Shown piece by piece: positions 37,185 through 46,709 of a stretch of DNA of 64,000 nucleotides. The stretch spans positions 96,001 through 160,000 of the forward strand of contig CAVUMN010000003.1 in the NCBI GenBank assembly GCA_963742735.1, written 5' to 3'. Made by a program: the position numbers and the translations under genes. The notes under the pieces are model-generated. The model had not been told where the DNA came from. It searched no databases and worked only from the letters and a program-made list of their open reading frames with translations. Position 1 is the stretch's first letter. Each line of letters starts with the position of its first letter. The DNA is from an uncultured Actinomycetes bacterium. Lineage in GTDB: Bacteria; Actinomycetota; UBA4738; JBBDTT01.

Positions 37185-37345
37185 CCAAGTGGGAGTACTT
37201 CGTGGCCCCCCTGCTTCCGCACAACCCCGGCGAGATCCTGAACACGTTCGGCGAGGACGGATGGGAGCTCGTCCAGATCCTCGAACAGACGACGCCGGCC
37301 GGCGGCTCGTCGCAGGTCGCGTACCTGAAGCGCCCCAAGCCCTGA
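37181..37345 (+). CDS. Small DUF4177-like protein
   Basis: KWEY..ILNTFGEDGWELVQ..YLKRP; GGAGG RBS. Confidence 0.85.
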   Translation: MTKWEYFVAPLLPHNPGEILNTFGEDGWELVQILEQTTPAGGSSQVAYLKRPKP

Positions 37346-37354
37346 GCCCGCGGT

Positions 37355-38860
37355 TCAGGCGGAGGCGCCGGCGTCCTTCAGAAGCTCCGCCAGGACGTTC
37401 CGCCTGACCTTGTGGGTGGGGGTCCGGGGGACCTCGTCGATCACCTGCACCGTCCGCGGAACCTTGTAGCTCGCCAGCTTGTCGGCCACCCATGCCGAGA
37501 GCTCCTGGCCGGTCGCCGTGGCACCGGCCGCCAGGACGACGCCCGCCGCGGGGACTTCGCCCATGGTCGGGTGGGCCACGCCCGTGACGCCGGCGTCCGC
37601 GACCGCCGGATGGAGCAGGAGCGCCTCCTCGATCTCGGCGGGGTGCAGGCGGTGGCCGCCGACCTTCATCAGGTGCTCGGAGCGGCCGGTGATCTCCACG
37701 CCCTGCAGGCGCGACACCGTCCCCAGGTCCTGGGTCCGCAGCCATTCCCGGTCCTGCGGCTCCTCGCCGACGTAGCCACGGAACACGCCGGGGCCGGAGA
37801 GCTCCAGCGTGCCGGACTCGCTGGGCGAGACGGGCTGGCCGCTCGTCTCGTCGACCGCTCGCGCCCGCCATCCCGGCAGCGGCCGGTACTTCCGCATGAG
37901 CCCTACCGGACCCATGATCCGGAACAGGGCGGGGCCCGCCGCTTCGACCAGGCCGTAGCCGTCCACGAAGAACGCGGGGGAGAGCTTCCGGCCGGCCAGG
38001 GCCAGGGAGGAGCCGCGGTGCTGGAACGCGCGCGCCAGGTCGCGGGGCATCGCGTCGGCGCCGCTCACCCACAGCCGCACCGACGACAGGTCGCGAGCGT
38101 CCGCGTGTGCGTCCATCATCCGAAAGATCCCCGGAACCCCCGCGAACACCGAGGCCCGTGTGCTCTCGATCGCGTCCAGGACGCCGTCGGCGGTGAACCT
38201 CGGGAGGAAGACCGCCGGCACGCGGGCCTCGAGGTAGGCAAGGGCGAGGACCAGGCCCATGACGTGGGCCAGGGGGAGCGCCGCCACGGTGCGATCGTCG
38301 CGGCCGGGGGTCACGTCCGGGCGCAGGCGTGCGAAGCGCAGCGCGCTCGCCAGGGCCTCGGTCCGCAGCGGGACGCCCTTGGGTCGGCCGGTGGTGCCCG
38401 AGGTGTACAGGACCACGGCCACGTCGGGCGCGGGCCCCTCCGCCGGCAGCGACTCGGGCCCGGCAAGCTCCATCGCCGCCGCGAGCCCCTCCGGCCCCGG
38501 GCCAAGGACCCGGTCGGCGTCGACCAGGTTCACCAGCGGCTGCAGCTCGATCTCGGGGAGCCCGGCGTACAGGAAGGCCGGAGTGGCACCGGCGCGGGCC
38601 ACGGCCATGGCCGCCAGCAGGCCGTCGAGGTTGCTGCGCAGGACGACGGCGACGGCGTCGCCTCGGCCCACGCCGCTGCGTCGCAGGCCCGCGGCGCCGC
38701 GGGCGACGACCGTCTCGAGGTCGCCGAACGTGAGCGTGGTCTTGCGATGGATGCCCGGGAGCCGGATCGGCTCGGGCAGGATCGCCGCGATGTCGCCGGG
38801 CCCTCGCGCGGCGGCCAGGGCGGTCGCGGTGGCGAGCGACCAGGCGGGCTCGGCGCTCAC
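37355..38860 (-). CDS. AMP-binding acyl-CoA synthetase family protein
   Basis: YTSGTTGRPKG, GYGLVE, LRTQDLG, EIEEALL.HP, YKVPR, THKV. Confidence 0.9.
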   Translation of the reverse strand: MSAEPAWSLATATALAAARGPGDIAAILPEPIRLPGIHRKTTLTFGDLETVVARGAAGLRRSGVGRGDAVAVVLRSNLDGLLAAMAVARAGATPAFLYAGLPEIELQPLVNLVDADRVLGPGPEGLAAAMELAGPESLPAEGPAPDVAVVLYTSGTTGRPKGVPLRTEALASALRFARLRPDVTPGRDDRTVAALPLAHVMGLVLALAYLEARVPAVFLPRFTADGVLDAIESTRASVFAGVPGIFRMMDAHADARDLSSVRLWVSGADAMPRDLARAFQHRGSSLALAGRKLSPAFFVDGYGLVEAAGPALFRIMGPVGLMRKYRPLPGWRARAVDETSGQPVSPSESGTLELSGPGVFRGYVGEEPQDREWLRTQDLGTVSRLQGVEITGRSEHLMKVGGHRLHPAEIEEALLLHPAVADAGVTGVAHPTMGEVPAAGVVLAAGATATGQELSAWVADKLASYKVPRTVQVIDEVPRTPTHKVRRNVLAELLKDAGASA

Positions 38861-40077
38861 ACGCGGGTGGGGTCGGGCGGGTCGCTCGGGGGACGGATCC
38901 GTCCGCGCATCGCGATGATCCCCAGCGCGAGCAGGACCGCGACGACGATGACCGACAGCGTGTTCCGGCCGTCGCCATCTCCCGTGGGGCTTGATGAAAC
39001 CGTCGGACTGGCCTCGGGCCCGGACGCGGTGGACGGCGACGGCGACGGCGACGGCGACGCCGTCGGCCCGGCCACCCGCATCCGCATGAGCGAGTTTCCG
39101 GCGGCCACGTACAGGAAACCGTCGGGCGCGGCCAGGACGTCGGACATCAGCCGTCCGACGTCGATGCGCCGCTCGGCCCCCAGGCCGTCCCCTTGGAGGT
39201 CGGCGTGGTGCAGGGAGCCGAGGCCGAAGTCCGTCCACCACAGCTGGCCGGCCGCCACCGTGCACCCGGTGGGGACGATCACGTTCGGGTAGTCGACGAC
39301 GGGGTCCACGAAGCGGTCGCCGCCACCCGGACCGGACACCTGCGGCCACCCGTAGTTCTCGCCGGCCACGATCCGGTTCACCTCGTCGTGCGACGAGGGC
39401 CCGTTCTCCGTTTCCCACACCTGCCCCGTGGACGGGTCGACGCAAAGCCCGAAGGAGTTCCGGTGGCCCATCGAGTACACCGGGCTGCCCGGGCCGAACG
39501 GGTTGTCGGCGGGGATCCCGCCCTCGGGCGTGACCCGCAGGATCTTGCCCCCCAGGTCGTCGGCCGCCTGCGCCCGCTCGGGGTTGTGGGCCTCGCCGGT
39601 CACGACGTACAGGTTCCCGTCCGGGCCGAACGCGATGTCGCCGCCGTTGTGATAGCCCGAGGTGGCGGGGAGGAGCTCCAGCAGCGGGTCGACCTCTCCG
39701 CCCCGGTCGCCCTCGGCGCGGACGCGGACCAGGCGGTTTCGCTCCGACCCCGAATCCGAGTAGTAGACGTAAACCCACGGTTCGGCCGGGTACTCGGGAT
39801 GCAGGGCGATGCCCAGCAGCCCGCGCTCGGCGTCGGGGATCACGTCGAACGTGGCGAACGGCTCGTCCAGGACCTGTCCGTCGCGCACGAGCAGGACCTC
39901 TCCCAGCTCCTTCTCGGTGACGAACAGCGTCCCGTCGCGGGCCGCGGCGACGTTGGTCAGGAAGTCGAACCCGTCCACGTACACCTCGAGCCCGTCCTGC
40001 GCGGACGCGGGGGACGCCGCGGCCGCGATCAGCACGGCGAAAAGCGCGGCGGTTGAGCGTCGCATCCTCACGAGCAT
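38857..40077 (-). CDS. PQQ-dependent sugar dehydrogenase (GSDH family), secreted and C-terminally anchored
   Basis: Signal peptide; ERGLLGIALHP, HNGGDIAFGPDG, GKILR, GHRNSFG, DEVN, NYGWP; SP linker plus TM. Confidence 0.92.
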   Translation of the reverse strand: MLVRMRRSTAALFAVLIAAAASPASAQDGLEVYVDGFDFLTNVAAARDGTLFVTEKELGEVLLVRDGQVLDEPFATFDVIPDAERGLLGIALHPEYPAEPWVYVYYSDSGSERNRLVRVRAEGDRGGEVDPLLELLPATSGYHNGGDIAFGPDGNLYVVTGEAHNPERAQAADDLGGKILRVTPEGGIPADNPFGPGSPVYSMGHRNSFGLCVDPSTGQVWETENGPSSHDEVNRIVAGENYGWPQVSGPGGGDRFVDPVVDYPNVIVPTGCTVAAGQLWWTDFGLGSLHHADLQGDGLGAERRIDVGRLMSDVLAAPDGFLYVAAGNSLMRMRVAGPTASPSPSPSPSTASGPEASPTVSSSPTGDGDGRNTLSVIVVAVLLALGIIAMRGRIRPPSDPPDPTRV

Positions 40078-40125
40078 GCCACGTCGTGTTGTCGAGAGGC
40101 GCGCACTGCCCTAGCCTGCGGTTCC

Positions 40126-40548
40126 GTGCCGGCCGACGTCGAGTTCCTCGATCGCATCACCGAGCTGAGCCTGTTCAGTCAGCTCCCGCGCGCGCAGATC
40201 GAGGGGATCGCCCACACGTTCGAGGAGATGTCCTTCGAGCCGGAGGAGCGGGTGCTCCGCCAGGGACTCACGGGCTCCGGCTTCTACGTGATCGTCGAGG
40301 GCGAGGCGAACGTCGTCCACGACGGCGAGCAGATCGCCCGCCTGGCCCGCGGCGACTTCTTCGGCGAGGTCTCGGCGCTCCTGGACGAACCCCCCACGGC
40401 GGATGTGGTCGCCGCCACCCCGCTGAAGTGCCTGGTGATCGGGCCCACGGAGCTGACGGAGTTCCTCCGCCGGGTCCCCGAGGTCACCCTTCGGATGCTG
40501 CGCACGGAGTGCCGGCGCCTGCGCTCGAACCTGGGCTGGCGCGCCTAA
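40126..40548 (+). CDS. Stand-alone cyclic nucleotide-binding domain protein
   Basis: LFSQL, QG..G..FYVIVEG, GDFFGEVSALLDEPPTADVVA. Confidence 0.9.
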   Translation: MPADVEFLDRITELSLFSQLPRAQIEGIAHTFEEMSFEPEERVLRQGLTGSGFYVIVEGEANVVHDGEQIARLARGDFFGEVSALLDEPPTADVVAATPLKCLVIGPTELTEFLRRVPEVTLRMLRTECRRLRSNLGWRA

Positions 40549-40554
40549 GCGGCT

Positions 40555-42056
40555 GTGTCGGACGACGGCCGACCCTTTCCGCCCGGGCGCTACCCCGTCG
40601 TGGTGGTCGGGACCGGCCCCGGCGGTCTTCAGGCCTCCTACTTGCTTCGCCGCCGCGGGATCGAGCACGCGCTGCTGTCCCGCGACGAGGGGCCCGGCGG
40701 CATGTTCCGTCGCTTCCCGCTCCTGCAGCGCCTGATCACCTGGAGCAAGCCGCACGCGCTCGTGGACCCCGCCGAGGAGCCGTACGAGCGCTACGACTGG
40801 AACTCGCTGTTGATCGAGCCGCCCGACACGCCCATCCGCGTGGCGAAGTTCATGGACGGCCCGACCTACTTCCCGGCCCGGGCCGAGATGGAGGCAGCGA
40901 TCGGCGCGTTCGCCGAGGAGCACGGCGTCGAGGCTCGGTACGGGTGCACCTGGGAGTCCACCGAACGGACCGACGACGGCTTCGTCATCCACACCTCGGA
41001 CGGGGACTACGAGACCGGCGTCGCGATCTTCTGCGTCGGCTCCGCCCATCCCTGGAAGCCGGGCATCGACGGCCTGGAGGACGTGCCGCACTATGCGGAC
41101 GTGGGCGACGTCCGCAGGTTCACCGACCGGCGCGTGTTCGTCATCGGCAAGCGCAACGGGGCGTTCGAGCTCGCCGACGGGCTGCTGGCCCACGCCTCGC
41201 AGATCGTGATGGCCTCGCCGCGCCCGGCGAACCTGTCGATCCTCACGCGCTCCACGGCGGGGGCCCGGGCCCGGTACCTGCAGGTGTACGAGGACGCGGT
41301 GCTCGGCGGGCGGGACCTACGTCCTGGACGCCGCGCTGACGCGGGTCGAGCGCAGGGGCGAGGGCTGGAAGGTGTACCTGGACGGGACCACGCGGCCGGG
41401 GTCGCTGACGTTCGCGATCGACGACGTCATCGCCGCGACGGGATGGAACGTCCCGATGCTCGACCTGCCCGACCTCGGCGTGCGCACCTTCCATCAGGCG
41501 CGGCTCCCGGCGCTGACCCCGTACTGGGAGAGCGCGACCGTCCCCGGGATCTACTTCGGGGGGACGACGACGATGGGCGCGGTGGGCCTGAAGAAGCACG
41601 GCATCCCCAGTACCTCCGCCGCCGTCCACGGGTTCCGGTACAACGTCCGGGTGCTGGTGGACCGGCTGGCGGAGACGCGGTTCGGGTGGACGCCGCCCCG
41701 GCCGTCCGCCGATCCCGAGGAGCTCCCGGCGATCATCGCCCGTGGAGCTGACCCAGAGCGGCGTCCTGTGGAACCAGCAGGCGTACCTGGCGCGGGTCTG
41801 GGAGGTGACCGAGGCGCAGGGCCTGGTCGACGGGGGCGTTCAACCGCTGCAGGCCTTCGTGGACCGCGACGGCGGGCCGGACTCGATCGCCGCCACGATC
41901 GAGACCACGGCGGACGGCTCGATCCGTCCGGTGCTCTACGTTCGTCGGGGGGGCGCGTTGGAGGAGCACGCCCTGGACGAAGATCAGCTGCTCGATTTCT
42001 CCTCCAACGCGTACCGTTCGGAGATCGCTGGCATCGTGAAGGGAGTGGTCACGTGA
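40555..42056 (+). pseudogene. FAD/NAD(P)-dependent oxidoreductase (FOXRED2-like) with two apparent +1 frameshifts (about 41310 and 41744); sequencing error or pseudogene
   Basis: VVGTGPGG, RYDWNSLL, IGKRNGAFE, AATGW and AVHGFRY are spread across three successive frames. Confidence 0.75.
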
Positions 42057-42496
42057 GCGACTGGGATGAGGTCTACTCGCCGTCCGACGACGAGCTGGTC
42101 GAGCTGTACGGCCGCATCAAGACCATCGCCGTCGTGGGGGCGTCCGACGACCCCGCGAAGGCCGCGAGCCGGATCCCCCGATACCTGAAGAACCAGGGCT
42201 ACACGATCATCCCGGTGAACCCGAAGGGCGGGGAGATCATCGGCGAGCCCGCGAAGACCTCGCTGGCCGAGCTGGACGAGCCGCCGGACGTGGTCGACGT
42301 GTTCCGTCCCTCCGAGGAGACCCCCGACGTCGCGCGGGCCGCGGTGGCCGCGGGCGCCAAGGTCCTGTGGCTGCAGGAGGGGATCTCGAACGACGAGGCC
42401 CGGCAGATCGCCGAGGACGCGGGGCTGCTCGTGATCATGAACCGGTGCATGGGCGCGACCCACGCGCAGCTGGGACTGGGGCCCGGCCCCGGCTGA
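42053..42496 (+). CDS. CoA-binding protein (YccU-like), second paralog
   Basis: IAVVGAS, IPVNP, VDVFRP, LWLQEG, NRC. Confidence 0.92.
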   Translation: MSDWDEVYSPSDDELVELYGRIKTIAVVGASDDPAKAASRIPRYLKNQGYTIIPVNPKGGEIIGEPAKTSLAELDEPPDVVDVFRPSEETPDVARAAVAAGAKVLWLQEGISNDEARQIAEDAGLLVIMNRCMGATHAQLGLGPGPG

Positions 42497-42500
42497 AGGG

Positions 42501-43127
42501 CTATCCCGCCGGGGAAAGCGTCTTCCGGATCATCGAGCGAGCCGCGGCCACGATCCGGTCTCGGTCGATCGACTCCGTCCCGCCGTAGAGCATGGCGTGC
42601 TCGAGGGTTCCTTGGATCGCGTGGTCGATCAGCGTGGCCGTCGATTCGGGGTCCTCGCACTCGAACACGCCGGCATCCACCCCCATCTTGATGCCGGCCG
42701 CGAACATGGCCTGGAGCTTCGCCTCGCACTCGGCGAACGGCGCGAAGGTCGCGGGCGTGAAGCCCTCCTGCGCGAACACCTGGACCTGGTCGGCGTGCTC
42801 GAGCATGAAGTCGATCATCGACTCGATCGTGGCGTCGGCCAGGGCCCACCAGTCGTCGCGGCCGACGCGGGCGAAGAACGACGAGGCGTGGGCGATGAGC
42901 TCGTCGACGAACCGCTCCTTCAGCGCGCCGAGCAGCGCCTCCTTGGAGTCGTAGTACAGGTAGAAGGTGCCCTTGGCGACGCCGGCGCCGTCGGTGATGT
43001 CCGAGACGGTGGTGGCGCCGATCCCCTTGGCGACGAACACGCGAAGGGCGGCGTCCAGGATGTCCTCGCGGCGTTCCTCGGGACGCTTGGTGACCCGCTT
43101 GCGCGCTTCGCTCTCGACCGTCGCCAT
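42501..43127 (-). CDS. TetR/AcrR family regulator
   Basis: ITDGAGVAKGTFYLYYDSKE. Confidence 0.95.
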   Translation of the reverse strand: MATVESEARKRVTKRPEERREDILDAALRVFVAKGIGATTVSDITDGAGVAKGTFYLYYDSKEALLGALKERFVDELIAHASSFFARVGRDDWWALADATIESMIDFMLEHADQVQVFAQEGFTPATFAPFAECEAKLQAMFAAGIKMGVDAGVFECEDPESTATLIDHAIQGTLEHAMLYGGTESIDRDRIVAAARSMIRKTLSPAG

Positions 43128-43145
43128 ACTGACCGGGGTCAGTAT
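43126..43145. promoter_or_regulatory. Palindromic TetR operator ATACTGACC-GG-GGTCAGTAT
   Basis: Perfect 9-bp inverted repeat overlapping the tetR start codon and a TATACT -10 (43146-43141). Confidence 0.8.
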
Positions 43146-43170
43146 AGGACGCGCTCAGCGCCCGGGGGAG

Positions 43171-44295
43171 TCAGCCCAGGGCCTGCTCGAGATCGGCGAC
43201 GAGGTCCTCGCGGGTCCTCGATCCCCACCGACAGCCGGATCAGGGTGTCGGGGACCTCGAGCGGCGAGCCCGCCACGCTCATGTGCGTCATCCGGCCCGG
43301 GTGTTCGATGAGCGACTCGACGCCCCCCAGCGACTCGGCCAGGAAGAACAGCTTCGTCCGCGCGGGGACGGCCAGGGCCTCCTCGGCCGAGGCGACCTCG
43401 AAGGACACCATGCCCCCGAACCGTCCATCTGGTCGCGGGCGATCTCGTGGCCGGGATGCTCGGTCAGCCCGGGGTAGTGGACCCTCGTCACGCGCGGGTG
43501 CTTCACCAGGAACTCGGCGACCGCCTCGGCCCCCGCGCAGTGGGCCTCCATCCGCAGCGCGAGCGTCTTGATCCCCCGCAGCACCAGGAAGCAGTCGAGC
43601 GGTCCGGGGACCGCGCCGGCCGCGTTCTGCAGGAACGCCAGGCGCGCGTGGAGGTCGTCGTCGCCGGTCACCAGCAGCCCGCCGACCACGTCGGAGTGCC
43701 CGCCCAGGTACTTGGTGCTCGAGTGCACGACGACGTCGGCGCCGAGGGTCAGCGGCCGTTGCAGGTACGGCGAGGCGAACGTGTTGTCGACGACCAGCCG
43801 CGCGCCGGCCTCGTGCGCGATCTCCGCCACGGCGGCGATGTCCACGATCTTCAGGAGCGGGTTGGTCGGGGTCTCGGCCCACACGACTCGGGTGTCCTCT
43901 CGCACGGCCTTGCGCACGGCGGCGGGGTCGGTCAGGTCGACGGTGTCGAACTCCAGGGACCACTCCGCCAGGACCTGGGCGAGGAGCCGGTAGGTCCCCC
44001 CGTACACGTCGTCGCCGAGGATCACGTGGTCGCCCGGCTTCAGCGTGTAGAAGAGGGTCGCGCTCGCGGCCATTCCGCTGGCGAAGGCCAGGCCGTGGCC
44101 CCCTTCCTCGAGGGCGGCGATACAGGTCTCCAGCGCGGTGCGGGTGGGGTTCCCCGTCCGCGCGTAGTCGTAGCCCTTGTGCTCGCCCACCGCGGCCTGC
44201 GCGTAGGTGCTGGTCTGGTAGATCGGGACGTTCACCGAGCCGTACGCCGGCTCGGGCTCCTGCCCCGCGTGGATCGCCTTCGTCCGGAACCGCAT
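43171..44295 (-). CDS. Cystathionine gamma-lyase/synthase, with apparent frameshifts at about 43421 and 43210
   Basis: PIYQTSTY, YARTGNPT, FASGMAA, ETPTNP, VDNTF, HSSTKYLGGHSD; FGGM, AESLGGVESL, RLSVGIED and DLEQAL lie in shifted frames. Confidence 0.9.
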
Positions 44296-44300
44296 CGTCC

Positions 44301-45188
44301 CTACTGTCTCACGCCCGGGGGCAGCTTCCACTTCCGGCGGACGAGCTCCTCGATCGCCGCGGAGCCCGCGGTCGCGTCCCGCCACAGCCGGGCCTTGTGC
44401 CGGGCGTCGTGCCCGGGCCGGAACTCGCCGCGCACCACCTCGCCGCACCCGCACGCGCACCACCGGGTGGTGGTGATCACCGGCATCGCCTCCGGCGCCT
44501 CGCACCGCTTGTAGCGGTCGAGCAGCCGGACGACGGGGACCACGATGACCCCCTCGCGCGGGTCGCCCTCGAAGGAGCCCCGGCCGTTCAGGAAGTGGAC
44601 GCCGGTGAGCCCCGCGCAGATCGCGTCCAGCCCGTCGATCGTCGCGTCCTCGGGCACGTCGCGGACCCCGGCCCGCTCCAGCACGCCGCGCCGCCAGGCG
44701 ACGCGCCACCGCCGCCCCGGGGAGAGGCAGCCCGCCAGCGCCACGTAGGAGGCGTAGGGGAACACCTCCAGGGCCCGCAGCTTGCGCTCGCCCGAACCCA
44801 GGTAGGGCGCATACCCGGCCGCCCTCGCCGCCGCGAACGTCTCGAAGCCGGCGGTCATCCAGGAGAACAGCTTCCCGTCCTCCCAGTGCGTCTGGTGCGA
44901 GCCGATCCCGCGGCGGGACAGCTCGTACTCGGCCACACGGCGGTCCAGGTGCTTGCCGGCCGCGGGCGGGACGGCCAGGCGACGGCGGACCTCCTCGTCC
45001 CGGAGCAGCCCCTTGCCGGGCGTGGGCGGCGCGTCGATGGCGACCGCGTCCGGGCGAACTGTGTCGAGGCACTCCCGCAGCGCCGCCGGCCCTCCCAGCT
45101 TGAACACCCGCTCCACGCGGGTCCCAACGACGACGGCGGCGTCCAGACCGCGCCCCAGGGAGACGTCGATTCCCAGGACGCGGGTCAC
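44301..45188 (-). CDS. DUF429 (RNase H-like) protein with a C-terminal Cys/His motif
   Basis: VLGID, VAIDAP, EVFPY, LDAICA, GDPREGVIVVP; tail CACGCG..FRPGHD. Confidence 0.8.
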   Translation of the reverse strand: MTRVLGIDVSLGRGLDAAVVVGTRVERVFKLGGPAALRECLDTVRPDAVAIDAPPTPGKGLLRDEEVRRRLAVPPAAGKHLDRRVAEYELSRRGIGSHQTHWEDGKLFSWMTAGFETFAAARAAGYAPYLGSGERKLRALEVFPYASYVALAGCLSPGRRWRVAWRRGVLERAGVRDVPEDATIDGLDAICAGLTGVHFLNGRGSFEGDPREGVIVVPVVRLLDRYKRCEAPEAMPVITTTRWCACGCGEVVRGEFRPGHDARHKARLWRDATAGSAAIEELVRRKWKLPPGVRQ

Positions 45189-45201
45189 GGCTCCGAGCGG
45201 C

Positions 45202-46572
45202 TCAGCGGCCCCGGTGGGCCAGGTACTCCAGCAGGTCCGAGCGGGTCAGGACCCCGATGGCCTCGTTGACGCGGCTGACCAGCACCGCCGGGCCGTGCTG
45301 GAGCTGTTCGAACGCCACCTCGACGGGCTCGGACTCGTCGACGAACGGGAACGGCGGCCCCATCACCTCGGCCACGTCGGCCTGGAGCGCGTCGGGGTCG
45401 CGGAACACCCGGTCCAGCAGGGAGCTCTCGCGGATCGAGCCGACGAACGCGGTGACGTCCGATCCCTCCTCGCGGGTCACCGGGGCCTGGCTGATCCCGA
45501 ACTGCTGGAGCACGTCCACGGCCTGGCGGACCTTGGCGTGCGCCCCGATCGTGACCAGGGGCGGCGTCTCGCCGTGGTGCTTGTCCTTGAGGATCTCGCC
45601 GACCCGCATGACCTCGGGGCGCTCGACGAAGCCGTACTGGAGCATCCATGTGTCCGAGTAGAGCTTCGAGAGGTAGTTCCGGCCGGTATCGGGCAGCAGG
45701 ACGACGACCACGGCGTTCTCGTCCAAATCCTGGGCCACCTGTAGGGCCGCGAACACCGCCGTCCCGCCGGAGCCCCCCACCAGGATGCCCTCCTCGCGAG
45801 TGACCGCCCGGGCGGTGAGCAGCGAGTCGCGGTCGGAGACGCGTACCCACTCGTCGACGATCTTCGGGTCGAACGTGCCCGGCCAGAAGTCCTCGCCGAT
45901 CCCCTCGGTCAGGTAGGGCCGCGGCTCGTCGCCGGAATAGAGGGAGCCTTCCGGGTCCGCGCCGATCACGCGGACCGCCGGGTTCTGCTCCTTCAGATAG
46001 CGGCCCGTACCGGTGACCGTCCCGCCGGTGCCGACGCCGATCACCAGGTGGGTGATCGCGCCCTCGGTCTGGCGCCAGATCTCCGGCCCGGTCGTGGCGT
46101 AGTGGGCCCGGGGGTTCTCCTGGTTGTAGTACTGGTTGGGCTGGAAGGCGCCGGGGATCTCCTCGGTCAGGCGGTCCGCGACCCGGTAGTACGACTCAGG
46201 GCTCTCCGGGGCGACCGCGGTCGGGGTGATCACGACCTCCGCGCCGTACGCGCGAAGCAGCGCGACCTTCTCCTGGCTCATCTTGTCGGGCATCACGAAG
46301 ATGCACTTGTAGCCCCGGATGGCCGCGGCGATCGCCAGGCCGTGTCCGGTGTTGCCGGAGGTCGGCTCCACGATGGTTCCGCCGGGCTTGAGCAGGCCCT
46401 CGCGCTCGGCGGCCTCGATCATCGGCAGCGCGATCCGGTCCTTCACGGACCCGCCCGGGTTGAGCATCTCGAGCTTGGCCAGGACCGGCGGGCGGACGTC
46501 ACGCCCGATCTTCGACAGCCGGACGAGGGGGGTGTTCCCCATCGCGTCCAGGAAGGAATCGAGCACGTCCAT
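45202..46572 (-). CDS. cbs: Cystathionine beta-synthase (with CBS domains)
   Basis: GNTPLV, NPGGSVKDR, EPTSGNTG, GTGGT, PDTGRNYLSK, C-terminal CBS pair. Confidence 0.95.
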   Translation of the reverse strand: MDVLDSFLDAMGNTPLVRLSKIGRDVRPPVLAKLEMLNPGGSVKDRIALPMIEAAEREGLLKPGGTIVEPTSGNTGHGLAIAAAIRGYKCIFVMPDKMSQEKVALLRAYGAEVVITPTAVAPESPESYYRVADRLTEEIPGAFQPNQYYNQENPRAHYATTGPEIWRQTEGAITHLVIGVGTGGTVTGTGRYLKEQNPAVRVIGADPEGSLYSGDEPRPYLTEGIGEDFWPGTFDPKIVDEWVRVSDRDSLLTARAVTREEGILVGGSGGTAVFAALQVAQDLDENAVVVVLLPDTGRNYLSKLYSDTWMLQYGFVERPEVMRVGEILKDKHHGETPPLVTIGAHAKVRQAVDVLQQFGISQAPVTREEGSDVTAFVGSIRESSLLDRVFRDPDALQADVAEVMGPPFPFVDESEPVEVAFEQLQHGPAVLVSRVNEAIGVLTRSDLLEYLAHRGR

Positions 46573-46709
46573 GGGCCCTGATCTCCCGTCGACGACCGGT
46601 CGTGTCGGTGGCGAGCGCTATGGTACCGCCGCGCGAGACCCGGGAAGGTTTCTGACGGTCCGCGCCGAAGGTGTCATTTCCGGCAATTCGCCGCCGGACG
46701 CCTGGAGGC

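Noticed and set aside
41300-41750. Programmed ribosomal frameshifting or selenocysteine recoding
   Set aside because: No slippery site or in-frame TGA at a catalytic position; similar indels occur in unrelated genes
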